Below, piece by piece: positions 19,967 to 31,574 of a DNA stretch of 49,460 nucleotides (position 1 is the stretch's first letter; each line of letters begins with the position of its first letter). Position numbers and translations under genes: made by a program. The stretch lies in assembly GCA_937625935.1 (NCBI GenBank), contig OW569396.1:1-49460 (forward strand), given 5' to 3'. Under the pieces are notes generated by a model that saw nothing but the letters and a program-made list of their open reading frames with translations, was not told the origin of the DNA and searched no databases. Origin of the DNA: Tetramitus jugosus. Its lineage: Eukaryota; Protista; Heterolobosea.

Positions 19967-20043
19967 GTTGGAGTAGATTAAATTTTTAGGAAAATCGTCA
20001 GACTCATGATCTGAAGACACTGGTTCAAGCCCAGTCTCCAACT
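19967..20043 (+). tRNA. trnM: tRNA-Met(CAU), probably initiator
   Basis: TCAGA-CTCATGA-TCTGA; A11:U24 as in fMet tRNAs. Confidence 0.88.
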
Positions 20044-20046
20044 TAA

Positions 20047-22090
20047 AAGAGGTTTTTTAACAAAAAATAAACAAGTAATAAATGGATGCCTTGGCATTTA
20101 GTTAATGACGTTGTAAACGATAAGCTAGTTAGAAAACGGCATGTTATCTATGAAATTAGCGTTTAAATTATTGCATATTATTATGTAATAATTACATTTT
20201 TTATTATTGCTAAAAAAGTGAAACATCTCATTATTTAGTAAATAAGAAATCAACAGAGATACTGTAAGTAGTGGTGAGCGAAAGCAGTTTAGACAGTAAT
20301 GATATATGTACTAAGAAAAGCGCTGAAAAGGCTTACTATATATGGTGACAGTCCAGTATTTTGTACATACATTCTGCAAATATTGTTTTCTATATACCTT
20401 AAAATTTTTTATTTTTTGAAGTTATAAATTAATTGTACATAAAGTTATATATTTATATATAACTTTATGTACAATTTTTATATAACTTTTTGTGTATAGA
20501 ATTAGTTTAGAAATAAAGATGATATTTGCCTTCTTAAAGTAGGATAATAATTCATATATTGTTTGAATAATGAATACCACTTTAAATGTCTATATACAAC
20601 TAAATGACCGATAGTGAATAGTACTGTGAGGGAAAGGTGGAAAGAAGCCGTGAAAGGTTTGAAGACGTAACTGAAGTTTATTACTTATTAGCATATGAAG
20701 CACTATTGACGGAAGCGTCTTTAGAGAGTGACATTATACCTTTTGCATAATGGGTCAACGACTATATAAAAATAGCAAGCTTAATTTATTAAAAGTAGGC
20801 GAAGTTAAAACAAGAATAACAGAAGTTATTTTTATATAACCCGAAGCTAGGTGATCTATTCATGATCAGATTGATGAAGACTTTAATAGGTTTTTGGAGG
20901 ATCGAACCCGTGTATGTTGCAATATACTGGGATGAATTGTGAATAGGGGTGAAAGGCCAATCAAACCTAGAATAGCTGGTTTTCTGCGAAATCTATTGAG
21001 GTAGAGCATTTATTTTAGTCTTATTAGGGTAGAGCACTCATTGTATGATGGGGACCATCATATCTTACTGAATACAATAAAACTTTCAATACTAATAATG
21101 AATTAAATGAATAGTCAGAATGTAAGTGATAAGATTTATATTCGAGAGGGAAACAGCCCAAATTACAAACTAAAGTCTTAAAATATATATTTAGTGAATG
21201 AGGAGTTAATGTGTATAAAATCATTCAGGATGTAGGCTTGGAAGCAGCCACCATTTAAAGAAAGCGTAAATGCTCACTGAATCGTAATACAATCATTCTG
21301 TAAATGTATAGAGTCTAAATATATTACTGAAGTTGTAATATTAAGTAGCAGAACATTCTGTAATTTGCTGAAGGAAAACAATGGTTGTTTGTTTAGTGTT
21401 TGAAAAAATCAGAAGAGATTATGTTGACATGAGTAACTTAAATAATGTGAGAAACATTATCGCCGAAAATCCAAGGGTTTCATATTTACAGATTATCTAA
21501 ATTGAGTTAAACGGTTTCTAAGAAAATAAATAAAACATATTTTTTGATGAAAATATTATTTTTATATTCTAATAAAGGTGACAGTATATATAGTTTTATG
21601 CTTTTAAGTATAAATGAGTATACTCAGGAAAAACCTTTATATATATTGGTGTTTAGTATTTAAGACCGTACCCTAAGCGGACACACGTGGATAAGTAGAG
21701 TATACTAAGGCGATTGAGATAATAGCATTGAAGGAACTCGGCAAAATAACTCCGTAACTTCGGAAGAAGGAGTATTATTTATCTATTCAGATAAATAGTG
21801 TAACAGAGCAGGGAAGGGCGACTGTTTAGCAAAAACACAGGACGCTGCAAAATTATAATATATGATGTATTGCGTCTGACACCTGTCCGGTGCTGGTAAT
21901 TTGAAAAAAAAAAGTGAAAGCTTTTTTTATAAGAGCCGGTAAACGACGGCCCTATCTTGAGGGTCCAAAGGTAGCGAAATTCCTTGGCAGTTAATTGCTG
22001 TCCCGCATGAATGGTGTAACGACTTTTCCACTGTCTCCAATGTTATCTCAGTGAAATTGAATTTTCTGTGAAAATGCAGAGTACTTGCAG

Positions 22091-22124
<34 letters not shown>

Positions 22125-22435
22125 TCATAAATAGTTTCTAATTTTTGGGGAAATGTAGAATAGGCATAAATTTGATTTTTTAAGGTCTTTTTTTTTTTGA
22201 AATATTGTTTTTTTCTGAGTTAGTACTAATAAGTATATTTAATATTTTATGATTGGTAGTTTTTCTGGGGCGGAAACCACCTAAAAAGTAACGGTGGTGT
22301 ACAAAGGTAAATTTCAATAATAATTATAATTATTTGAAATATTCAGTGGTATAAGTTTGCTTGATTGTTGTATAAACAAATATAACAAGAACGAAAGTTG
22401 GTCACAGTGATCCGATAATTCTGTGTGGAAAGGTT

Positions 22436-22475
<40 letters not shown>

Positions 22476-22507
22476 TATGACTCCTTAGAGTCCTAATCGA
22501 CGGAGTT

Positions 22508-22542
<35 letters not shown>

Positions 22543-22921
22543 AGCTGAAAGCGGTTCCAAGGGTTTAGCTGTTCGCTAATGAAAGTGGTACGTGAGCTGG
22601 GTTCAGAACGTTGTGAAACAGTTCGGTCCCTATCTACTGTAAGGTATTAGAGAATATATTTTAACTTTTTTTTAGTACGAAAGGACTGAAAAAAGCGCAC
22701 CTCTTGTGTACCAATTGTATGGAGTATTTTACAAAATGCATCGTTGGGTAGCTACGTACGTAAAAATAATTGCTGAAGGCATCTAAGCAAGAAGTTTTAA
22801 AATGTTGTTTTCTTTTGAGGATAGTAATAGACTATTACTTTTTAGGTTAAGTGTGTATATCATGTAAGTGATTCAGCTTATTAATACTAAAAGTCCAATA
22901 ATTTTTTGTTTCAGACCTCTT
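20047..22921 (+). rRNA. rnl: Large subunit rRNA (ends approximate)
   Basis: GGATGCCTTGGC, PTC motifs GGGATAACAGG and CACCTCGATGTCGGCTC, sarcin loop AGTACGAAAGGAC; termini 20047-20068 and 22901-22921 are complementary. Confidence 0.97.
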
Positions 22922-23046
22922 ATTTTTTTTTTACTTTTTTACATTCGCATTCACCTTTAACCTTATATCCCCTGTATTATATATATTTAATAAAGTATAT
23001 ACAATATTTATATAATTTTAAAGGTACAAATAATTAATTATAAAAT

Positions 23047-24144
23047 ATGAATTTTCTTTTTTTTTTTATTTATATCTTTCTTGAAGTTGATAGATTTATA
23101 CGTAAAATTTGTTCTTTTATTCGTGATTCTATTCGCGATTATTTTTTTTTATTTATCGAGTCTAGTTATTTTATACTTCTATTATTAGTATTAGTTGTAA
23201 TTATATTTAATTTATTATCTATTGCTATTACTACTTTATTAGAAAGAAAAGCAATGTCTAGTATACAAAGACGTAGAGGACCAAATATAGTAGGTTTTTT
23301 TGGTTTATTACAGCCTATTGCTGATGGATTAAAATTATTGCTTAAGGAAATAATTTTACCAAGTAATTCTAATGTTTTTATTTTTTTATTTTCATCTATT
23401 TTAACATTGTTTTGTAGTATGTTATTATGGTTAGTAATTCCTTTTTCAGATTCAATATTATTACTTGATTTGAGTTATTCTAGTTTATATTTACTAGCTG
23501 TTTCTTCTTTTTCTGTGTATGGTATTATTTTTTCTGGGTGGTCTAGTAATTCTAAATATGCTTTTTTAGGTGGTTTACGTTCTGCAGCTCAAATGATTTC
23601 TTATGAGGTTACTATTGGTTTAGTGTATGTAAGTATTATTGTAATGTGTGATAGTTTTAGTTTTGTAGACTTTGTATTATGTCAAGAATATGTATGGTTT
23701 GTATTTCCTTTATTTCCACTTTATATTGTGTTTTTTATTTCTATGTTAGCTGAAACTAATAGAGCTCCTTTTGATTTACCTGAAGCAGAAGCTGAACTTG
23801 TTGCAGGTTATAATGTAGAGTACTCTTCCATTGCTTTTGCTTTATTTTTTTTAGGAGAATATGGTAATATGATATTAATGAGCACTTTAAATACAATTTT
23901 TTTTTTAGGTGGGTGGTTTCCTATATTTAATATAACTTTATTTAATGAATTAGTAGATCCTTATATTTGGATTGCAGTAAAAACTGCTTTTAATGTTTTT
24001 GTTTTTGTTTGGGTTAGAGCTAGTTTACCTAGATATAGATATGACCAATTAATGAAATTTTGTTGGAAAGTATTATTACCAGTTACTTTATTTTTAGTTT
24101 TTTTTTTTCAATTTATTTTAATATACTTTGAAATGTTTATATAA
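23047..24144 (+). CDS. nad1: NADH dehydrogenase subunit 1
   Basis: [33 protein letters not shown]. Confidence 0.98.
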   Translation: MNFLFFFIYIFLEVDRFIRKICSFIRDSIRDYFFLFIESSYFILLLLVLVVIIFNLLSIAITTLLERKAMSSIQRRRGPNIVGFFGLLQPIADGLKLLLKEIILPSNSNVFIFLFSSILTLFCSMLLWLVIPFSDSILLLDLSYSSLYLLAVSSFSVYGIIFSGWSSNSKYAFLGGLRSAAQMISYEVTIGLVYVSIIVMCDSFSFVDFVLCQEYVWFVFPLFPLYIVFFISMLAETNRAPFDLPEAEAELVAGYNVEYSSIAFALFFLGEYGNMILMSTLNTIFFLGGWFPIFNITLFNELVDPYIWIAVKTAFNVFVFVWVRASLPRYRYDQLMKFCWKVLLPVTLFLVFFFQFILIYFEMFI

Positions 24145-24213
24145 ATTTTTTTGATACAATTTGATATTTTATTTATTGTAAACGAATACACTACTATTTT
24201 TTTTATATATTAT

Positions 24214-26379
24214 ATGCAGAAATATTTAAATTGGAAACGTTTACTAGTTAAGTACATTAAATACAAAAAAAAAGGTGATTATTTTTTAACTCTTCAAAAT
24301 ATTAAATATTATAATAGTAATTTATTTCAATATAAGTATAAATATTATAATCGTTTATTGCAAAAACAAATATCTTCTGGTTTTTTTTTCCCTAGTGTAG
24401 AAATTCAAAATGTTGAAAATTATTATTTAGGAAAGCATTTTATTGTGCATAATACTCTTGATTATTTTAAGGATAGTTTAAATAAGTATTTAAAAAAAAA
24501 AAAATCAATATACAAGTACAATTATAATACAGCGGAACCATTAAATTCATATTTAAATATTTTTTGTACATTATGTAGTATTGAAAATGTTTATTCTTTT
24601 TATAATTTTTCTAATGTTATGTATTTTATGGACTACGATCACACAGAAGTAGATTTAATGAATTTTGTACATTTTGATTATACTGGAGGTTCTTCTGAGA
24701 TATTACATCTAGTATTATTTCATAATGATATTATTTATAATAACTTTAGTTTTGAATTTTTTGAAAATAAAAATACTATTTCCGCTCATTATATACGTAC
24801 TTCTAAATTATTTGATCTTAATTCTTCTATTTTCACCGAGATGTTAATAAGTAATTCTAATAGTAAAGTATGTTATAATAATTATGCTAGTTATGATTAT
24901 TTACATTCATATTTTTTTTTAAATATGAGGGATAAATTAAAAAAAAATATAAAATATGAATTACAAAAAAGATATACAGAAAAATTAGAATACTTAGCTG
25001 AATTTAAAATTAGAATGGAAGAATATTTAGCGCGTATAAAAGAAGAAACAAGAATAAAATCTGATAAAAGTATTGGAGAAAAACAGAAAGAAAGATTAAT
25101 AATTGAAGGGCACCGTAAACAAAAAGAGGCTGAAACACAAAGAGCAGAATTTAAAGAAAAAACAAGTAAAGAGTTTATACTTACTCAAATTGATTTTTCT
25201 AATTATACATATTTCAAGCCGTCTTTAAATGATGTACATAGTCTACCGATTAATAATTTTGATTATTTATCTAATTTAAATAATACTAATAAATTTATTA
25301 GTAATAATATATATCAGTATGAATATGAAAATATAAATAATCAAATTTCTATTTATGATAAAAATACAAAATCAGGTGCAATTAATTCTATAGTAGATAA
25401 AATTAGTATTAATAACTTAAATTATTATGAATTAAATATACAAGAACCTATCAATAAAGAATTACAGTTAAAACAAAATAAATATAATTTTGAAAAATAT
25501 AATAAATTTTTTATGGATTTATTGAATGGATTATTAAATTATTCTGAATTACGTAGCTTTGATATTGAAAATTTATATAAAAGTAAAAATAAATTTGAAA
25601 GATTATTTAGTAATAGATTTAAGATATTAAAAATTATGTATAATAATTATAAATTAAATACTAAATTTCCAATTAAATATTTATATTTTTCAAAGTCTAA
25701 AGTACAAACTAGTAGTAACATTAGTAATAACACTATATTATATTATCGAAAAAAAAATATATATGTTCAACTATTAATTCCTAGAATTAGTAATTTATTA
25801 TATTATCCTTCCTCATACTTTTTTGATGCAAAGCATAATTATTACACTTATTGGGATATTAACTGTCTATATTATAAATTTTTAGGTTTTTTAATTAAGC
25901 ATGGTAAAAGACATAAAGCAGAATCTATATTAAGTAATAGTTTTTCTTTTCTAAAGAACTTAAGTTTATGTAATCCATTATATTTATTTATGAAGGCTAT
26001 TTATAATGGTCAAACTTTTTTTGAATTTACAAAACAAAAAAAACAGACTAAATCTATTTTAATTCCTAGATTTGCACCTTTAAATAAACGAGTTAGAATT
26101 TCTATGCGTTTAATTACTCAAAATATTAGAGATCATGATAATTTACGTAAAATGAAAAAATCAAAAAAATATAAAGTAAGTACTTCTTATTTATTATCAA
26201 ATATACTTATTTCTTATTTTTTCAAAATAGGTAAAGTAAAAACTGATCTAAAAACTAATGTAACTAGTGCTTTTAAGCAAAAACATTTATTACGAAAAAA
26301 TGTTGGAATATTTGTATACAATAGATTATTAAAATTTTTAGCTTTTCGTAAAATTAGAGGATATCATATTAGCAAATAG
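24214..26379 (+). CDS. rps7: Ribosomal protein S7 domain with very long N-terminal extension
   Basis: C-terminal KFLGFLIKHGKRHKAESIL..NPLYLFMKAIYN..LIPRFAPLNKRVRISMRLI; first ATG 24214 (TTG 24151 possible). Confidence 0.75.
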   Translation: MQKYLNWKRLLVKYIKYKKKGDYFLTLQNIKYYNSNLFQYKYKYYNRLLQKQISSGFFFPSVEIQNVENYYLGKHFIVHNTLDYFKDSLNKYLKKKKSIYKYNYNTAEPLNSYLNIFCTLCSIENVYSFYNFSNVMYFMDYDHTEVDLMNFVHFDYTGGSSEILHLVLFHNDIIYNNFSFEFFENKNTISAHYIRTSKLFDLNSSIFTEMLISNSNSKVCYNNYASYDYLHSYFFLNMRDKLKKNIKYELQKRYTEKLEYLAEFKIRMEEYLARIKEETRIKSDKSIGEKQKERLIIEGHRKQKEAETQRAEFKEKTSKEFILTQIDFSNYTYFKPSLNDVHSLPINNFDYLSNLNNTNKFISNNIYQYEYENINNQISIYDKNTKSGAINSIVDKISINNLNYYELNIQEPINKELQLKQNKYNFEKYNKFFMDLLNGLLNYSELRSFDIENLYKSKNKFERLFSNRFKILKIMYNNYKLNTKFPIKYLYFSKSKVQTSSNISNNTILYYRKKNIYVQLLIPRISNLLYYPSSYFFDAKHNYYTYWDINCLYYKFLGFLIKHGKRHKAESILSNSFSFLKNLSLCNPLYLFMKAIYNGQTFFEFTKQKKQTKSILIPRFAPLNKRVRISMRLITQNIRDHDNLRKMKKSKKYKVSTSYLLSNILISYFFKIGKVKTDLKTNVTSAFKQKHLLRKNVGIFVYNRLLKFLAFRKIRGYHISK

Positions 26380-26448
26380 CATATATTAAATTTTTATTCG
26401 CATAGCAACTATTAAATAGAAATAATACTATGTGTAATTTTTATTTAT

Positions 26449-28599
26449 ATGAAATCAGTATTATTAAAAGTAAAACATTCTAATATATTTAAATATTTAT
26501 TAAAGGTGAATAAAAAAAAATGGAAACATAATGCTTTATTTATTAATGATAAAAAAATACGTTTGGAGGACCGTTGTTATAATAGCACTATATTAAAATT
26601 TTGTGATTTTATTGGTGTTGGCGTTCCACGTTTTTGTTTTCATGATAGATTATTTATTGCAGGTAATTGTAGAATGTGTATGGTTGAAATTAAGTCATCC
26701 TTTAAACCTGTTATTGCTTGCTCTACTACTTTAGTTCGAGGAATGCATATATATACTACTAGTTTTTTTGTTAAAAAAGCCCGTGAAAATGTAATGGAGT
26801 TTTTATTAATCAATCATCCTTTAGATTGTCCAATATGTGATCAAGGAGGAGAATGTGACTTACAGGATCAAGCAATTATCTTTGGTAGTGATCGTGGTAG
26901 ATTTAAAGAAGTAAAAAGATCTGTTTTAGATTTTTTTATGGGGCCTGTAGTTAAAACAATTATGACTCGTTGTATTCATTGTACACGATGTATTAGATTT
27001 AATGAAGAAATAGTTGGTAACACTATTCTTGGTAGATTAGGTAGAGGTGATAGCACTGAAATTGGTACATACATTACTAAGCCTTTTATTGATGAATTAT
27101 CTGGTAATATTGTAGATGTTTGTCCAGTAGGAGCATTAACTTCTAAAAGTTATGCTTTTAAAGCTAGACCATGGGAATTAAAAAATTTAGAATCAATTGA
27201 TATATTTGATAGCTTAGGTAGTAACATACGTATAGATATTAAAGGTAATGAAATTGTAAGAATCTTGCCTAAAAGACATGATTATTTAAATGAGGAATGG
27301 ATTACTGATAAAGTACGATTTTCTTTTGAGGGATTAAAAAATAATAGAATACTTTTTCCTATGTATAGAGATAAAGCCGCTACGGATTTTTTATTACAAT
27401 CATGTAGTTTTTCATTTATTTTTAATTATTTAGTTAACAGTATAAATAATATTTTCAATTTTTATGATGATGGCGAGTCACGATCTATAGTACGTGTTGA
27501 ATTAAGTAATTATTTTACTTCTGCACAAGATTATTTTTATATTTCTTCTTTTTTTAGTGTATTAGGAATTGACAATATTAATTACTTTTCTAATGCATTA
27601 AACAATAATATTGATTTCAGGTACAATTATTTAGTTAATTCAAGTTTACGTGTTTTTACATATTATGAAAGTTATTTATTAGACAATATTAATTTAAAAA
27701 CTGTTAATCCTTTGATTAATAGTAGATTAAAGTATCGTAAGTTAAGGAAGGGAAATAATGTAAATGTTAGTTATATTGGTAAAAATATAAGTTTAAATTA
27801 TGATTATAATCATATTTCTAATTCTTATTTTACATTATTTTTTATATTAGAAGGTAAACATTTTTATAGTAGTAGATTATTTAAAGATTTAAATATTGTT
27901 AATAATTTAAATTCTAATTATAATAATTTAAATTTATATAATTATTTAAAACAATTTAAAGTGGATGTACAATTTACTACTATTTTAAATAGTAGCAGTG
28001 ATGTTACTGTTAGTGATTTAGGGCATTCTAATCCTAGTAATTATTATAGTGAGAATTCCGATATAATTTATTTATATAATACTGAATATTTAAATAACTC
28101 ACAGTTATTACGTTATATGAAAACAAAAGAATTAATTTTTCACGGTACTAATATTAGTGAAGAAATTAAAAAATATATTAGTGTTTTAATACCATCGACT
28201 TCTTTTTTTGAAACTAATGCTTCTTTTAGTAATTGCATTGGTATATCACAAAATAGTAATAAAGTTTTAACTAAGTTAAATAATTTTTACAGCGTTTCTG
28301 ATTTAATCTCATTTACATGTAATCTCTCTAATATTCCTCAAGTATCTTTTGCTGGCTTATATACTCAAATATCTTATAATAATCGGTTTGAAAAAGTATA
28401 TCCTTATGCAATTATAGATTATTTTTTACATATAGGTAAGTATGATCATATACATATAGTTAATACTTTTTTTACTGTTAATAATTTTGTGAGTAATAAT
28501 GTAAATTATTATAAAACTGATAATGTAACATTAAATTCTGATACTTTACAAAAATGTTCTTTATTATTATTAAATAATAATAATAATTTTATTATTTAA
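26449..28599 (+). CDS. nad11: NADH dehydrogenase subunit 11 (75 kDa/NuoG)
   Basis: PRFCFH..AGNCRMC, HPLDCPICDQGGECDLQ, CIHCTRC; divergent C-terminal half. Confidence 0.97.
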   Translation: MKSVLLKVKHSNIFKYLLKVNKKKWKHNALFINDKKIRLEDRCYNSTILKFCDFIGVGVPRFCFHDRLFIAGNCRMCMVEIKSSFKPVIACSTTLVRGMHIYTTSFFVKKARENVMEFLLINHPLDCPICDQGGECDLQDQAIIFGSDRGRFKEVKRSVLDFFMGPVVKTIMTRCIHCTRCIRFNEEIVGNTILGRLGRGDSTEIGTYITKPFIDELSGNIVDVCPVGALTSKSYAFKARPWELKNLESIDIFDSLGSNIRIDIKGNEIVRILPKRHDYLNEEWITDKVRFSFEGLKNNRILFPMYRDKAATDFLLQSCSFSFIFNYLVNSINNIFNFYDDGESRSIVRVELSNYFTSAQDYFYISSFFSVLGIDNINYFSNALNNNIDFRYNYLVNSSLRVFTYYESYLLDNINLKTVNPLINSRLKYRKLRKGNNVNVSYIGKNISLNYDYNHISNSYFTLFFILEGKHFYSSRLFKDLNIVNNLNSNYNNLNLYNYLKQFKVDVQFTTILNSSSDVTVSDLGHSNPSNYYSENSDIIYLYNTEYLNNSQLLRYMKTKELIFHGTNISEEIKKYISVLIPSTSFFETNASFSNCIGISQNSNKVLTKLNNFYSVSDLISFTCNLSNIPQVSFAGLYTQISYNNRFEKVYPYAIIDYFLHIGKYDHIHIVNTFFTVNNFVSNNVNYYKTDNVTLNSDTLQKCSLLLLNNNNNFII

Positions 28600-28654
28600 T
28601 GATATAAAATTATTATTATTATTTAATAGTAAAATTATATTACATTTTATTACT

Positions 28655-28727
28655 ATTCTGGTAGCTCAGTTGGTAGAGCGTAGGACTGAAAATCCTCGTG
28701 TCGGTGGTTCGAGTCCACTTCAGAACA
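28655..28727 (+). tRNA. trnF: tRNA-Phe(GAA)
   Basis: AGGA-CTGAAAA-TCCT; A1xC72. Confidence 0.95.
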
Positions 28728-28738
28728 ATTAATTTTTT

Positions 28739-28823
28739 TGATAGATGACAGAGTGGTCAAATGTGCTTGTTTGGAACACAAGTTTAGGATAACTAAGCGA
28801 AGGTTCAAATCCTTCTCTATCCT
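28739..28823 (+). tRNA. trnS: tRNA-Ser(GGA)
   Basis: CTTGT-TTGGAAC-ACAAG, long variable arm; U1xC72. Confidence 0.9.
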
Positions 28824-28876
28824 ATTTTGATAGCACAGATAATAATTGTGTTATTAATTATTATTCTTTATTGTTC

Positions 28877-29842
28877 ATGAAATTGGAAAGAGACAAGATA
28901 TATAATTACTATAGCACTGAGGAAAATCGTTTAAGAATGGAAAATTATATAAATCAAGATGTAGCGTTTACATCTGAAAGAAGATATTTTCATTATTATA
29001 ATGATATACCATACACACGTTGGCCATTTTATATAAGCGGTTTTATATTTTTATTTTTATTTTTTGGTGTTTTATATATAAATAAATATGAATACACTGG
29101 TTATTTAGTAGTTATTTCTTTTATTTCATTAGTTTACAATGTATTTGGATGGTTCAATGATATGTTAATAGAATCTATGGTATTTGGTAAATATAATAGA
29201 AAAGTTAGAAAAACTTTAGCTGCTGGATTTATTTTATTTATTGTTTCAGAAACATTATTATTTTTTGGTTTTTTTTGGACATACTTTGATAGATTTTTTC
29301 ATCCTTCTGTTTTTTTAGGTAGTAGATCTGTTCCATATGGTTTAGAAATGTCTATTTGGTATAAAAAACCATTAGTTGCCACATTAGTTTTAATTGCTTC
29401 AGGATATATCGGTAATTGTGCACATTATTATATGAAAATGAAAGATTGGCATACTGCTATATGTTACTCTGTAGGCTGTATACTATTTGGTTATACTTTT
29501 TTAGTAATGCAGTTAGAAGAATATATGCATTTATTATTTGATATTTCTGATAGTGTATTTGGTAGTATTTTTTATTTATTAACTGGTTTTCATGGTATAC
29601 ATGTATTAGTAGGTATGATTTTTTTAAATTATCAACATGATCGTTTATATTATTATCATTTTTCACAAGAAAGAAATTTAGGTTATGGGTTAGCTTTATT
29701 ATACTGGCATTTTGTTGATATTATATGGATTTTATTATTTATTTCTTTATATGTATTAAATTATAATGTACAACAAGCTGAATATGATTATTTTTCTCAT
29801 TTTAGAATTAGATTTAACGTATCTTTTGAAAGTAATATATAA
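28877..29842 (+). CDS. cox3: Cytochrome c oxidase subunit 3
   Basis: LFIVSE..FFGFFW, TGFHGIHV, YWHFVD. Confidence 0.96.
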   Translation: MKLERDKIYNYYSTEENRLRMENYINQDVAFTSERRYFHYYNDIPYTRWPFYISGFIFLFLFFGVLYINKYEYTGYLVVISFISLVYNVFGWFNDMLIESMVFGKYNRKVRKTLAAGFILFIVSETLLFFGFFWTYFDRFFHPSVFLGSRSVPYGLEMSIWYKKPLVATLVLIASGYIGNCAHYYMKMKDWHTAICYSVGCILFGYTFLVMQLEEYMHLLFDISDSVFGSIFYLLTGFHGIHVLVGMIFLNYQHDRLYYYHFSQERNLGYGLALLYWHFVDIIWILLFISLYVLNYNVQQAEYDYFSHFRIRFNVSFESNI

Positions 29843-29916
29843 TTATATGTATTTACTTTTTATTGTTTGTTTTTTTATAAAAAACTTTATATTAATTCAT
29901 TATACATAAAAAAAAA

Positions 29917-30531
29917 ATGTACACATCTTTAATCATAATTATATATATATTTTTAATTAGTTCATCAGTACTGATGATTTCTGCAGCAAATCCTATAAAT
30001 TCTGTATTATTTTTAATTTGCTCTTTTTTATTTAGTTCTATAGTTTTTATTTTATTGGGTATTGATTTTTTTGGTTTTATATTTTTAATTATTTATGTTG
30101 GTGCAATTGCTGTATTGTTTTTATTTATAGTAATGATGTTAAATATTCAAAAAATACAAACAGATAAGTATACTTACTTGACAATTGGTGTTTTTATATT
30201 AGTAATTTTATTGTTTGAAATATTTATTTCATTATTATATGGTTATGTTTATATGTTAAACTTAGATGAATATAATTATAATAATTTAAATAATTTATTT
30301 ATTTATAATATGAATTATAATGATGAAGAATCACATTATTTTACTTTATATAATATTGCTTTATTATTATTTCAAGTAAACCCTTTAAATTTAATATTAG
30401 CTGCATTGAATTTATTAATTGCGATGATTGGAGCTATAGCACTAACAAATAATACAAGTGGTAGTAATATTATTGAAAATAAAGAATTTACAGAAAGAGA
30501 TATGCATATTTATAATGTATATGTATACTAA
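29917..30531 (+). CDS. nad6: NADH dehydrogenase subunit 6
   Basis: NPINSVLFL, YVGAIAVLFLFIVMMLN. Confidence 0.96.
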   Translation: MYTSLIIIIYIFLISSSVLMISAANPINSVLFLICSFLFSSIVFILLGIDFFGFIFLIIYVGAIAVLFLFIVMMLNIQKIQTDKYTYLTIGVFILVILLFEIFISLLYGYVYMLNLDEYNYNNLNNLFIYNMNYNDEESHYFTLYNIALLLFQVNPLNLILAALNLLIAMIGAIALTNNTSGSNIIENKEFTERDMHIYNVYVY

Positions 30532-30555
30532 TATATAATATAATATATATTATAT

Positions 30556-30639
30556 ATTCAGATGGCTGAGTGGTCAAAAGCGCTGGCTTTGAATTCCAGT
30601 TTATTTTTATAAGCGAAGGTTCAAATCCTTCTCTGTTCT
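30556..30639 (+). tRNA. trnS: tRNA-Ser(UGA)
   Basis: Loop TTTGAAT, long variable arm; mismatches at acceptor pairs 1-3. Confidence 0.9.
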
Positions 30640-30722
30640 TTTTTTTATTGTTATACATTTTATATTTATTTTTTTTATATTATTATTTATATAGTATAAT
30701 AATACATTATTAACTAACACAC

Positions 30723-31487
30723 ATGAATTTTAAATTAACTAAATTTTTATTTGAATTAGGTATGCACATTGGTGAACATAAAAGTAAAGTTTTTAATTTA
30801 AATTCTTTTTTCTTATTAGGAGTAAGAAAAAACCTGCACGTTATAGATTTAAATGTAACTATCTATTTTTTAAAAAATGCTTGTAATTTTTTAAAAAATT
30901 TAGGAAGTAAAAATAGTTATTTATTTTTTTACTATACAAATTTGTCTAATTTAGACAAAAGATTGATTAGCTTTTTTATATTTCATTTATATAGAAGTAA
31001 TCATTCATTTTTATTTAACAATTGGAAACATGGATTATTATCTAATTATAATATGCAAGCTTCGGATATATTAATAGATTTATTTTCAGGTAAAGATAAT
31101 GTTAAATCAAATTTAAAATTTACATCATTATTATTTAAAATGATTTATTTTTCTTTTAATACTCGTGAAGCTGGTATGCGTTGGTTTAAACATTTAAAAA
31201 TTATTAAAAAATATTGGAGATTTTTTATATTTTATTGTTTTTTTCGTAATTTAAATGCTCTACCAGATGTAGCGATAATAATGAATGCTAATAAAATGGT
31301 TACTCCTGTAAAAGAATGTAACTCTTTAAAGATACCTGTTGTTGGATTAGTTGATAGTGATAGTAAAAGTAATTTTTTCACTTATCCTATCCCAGGTAAT
31401 GATAATTCTTTTTTAATTACTGCTTTTTTATTTATTTTATTTATAAATTGTTATAAAAAAGGATTATTATCAAATATAAATTATTAA
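30723..31487 (+). CDS. rps2: Ribosomal protein S2
   Basis: LGMHIG, HVIDL, IPVVGLVDSD, YPIPGND. Confidence 0.93.
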   Translation: MNFKLTKFLFELGMHIGEHKSKVFNLNSFFLLGVRKNLHVIDLNVTIYFLKNACNFLKNLGSKNSYLFFYYTNLSNLDKRLISFFIFHLYRSNHSFLFNNWKHGLLSNYNMQASDILIDLFSGKDNVKSNLKFTSLLFKMIYFSFNTREAGMRWFKHLKIIKKYWRFFIFYCFFRNLNALPDVAIIMNANKMVTPVKECNSLKIPVVGLVDSDSKSNFFTYPIPGNDNSFLITAFLFILFINCYKKGLLSNINY

Positions 31488-31574
31488 TTTTCATTAATAA
31501 TTAATTGGTTACATTATAAAGTATTAACTATTAGTAGTTGCATTAGTAGATTACATTATGTATTTTATATTTTT

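Noticed and set aside
21024-21224. Minus-strand ORF in rnl, considered as an intron-encoded protein
   Set aside because: Antisense to continuous conserved rRNA; no intron or endonuclease signature
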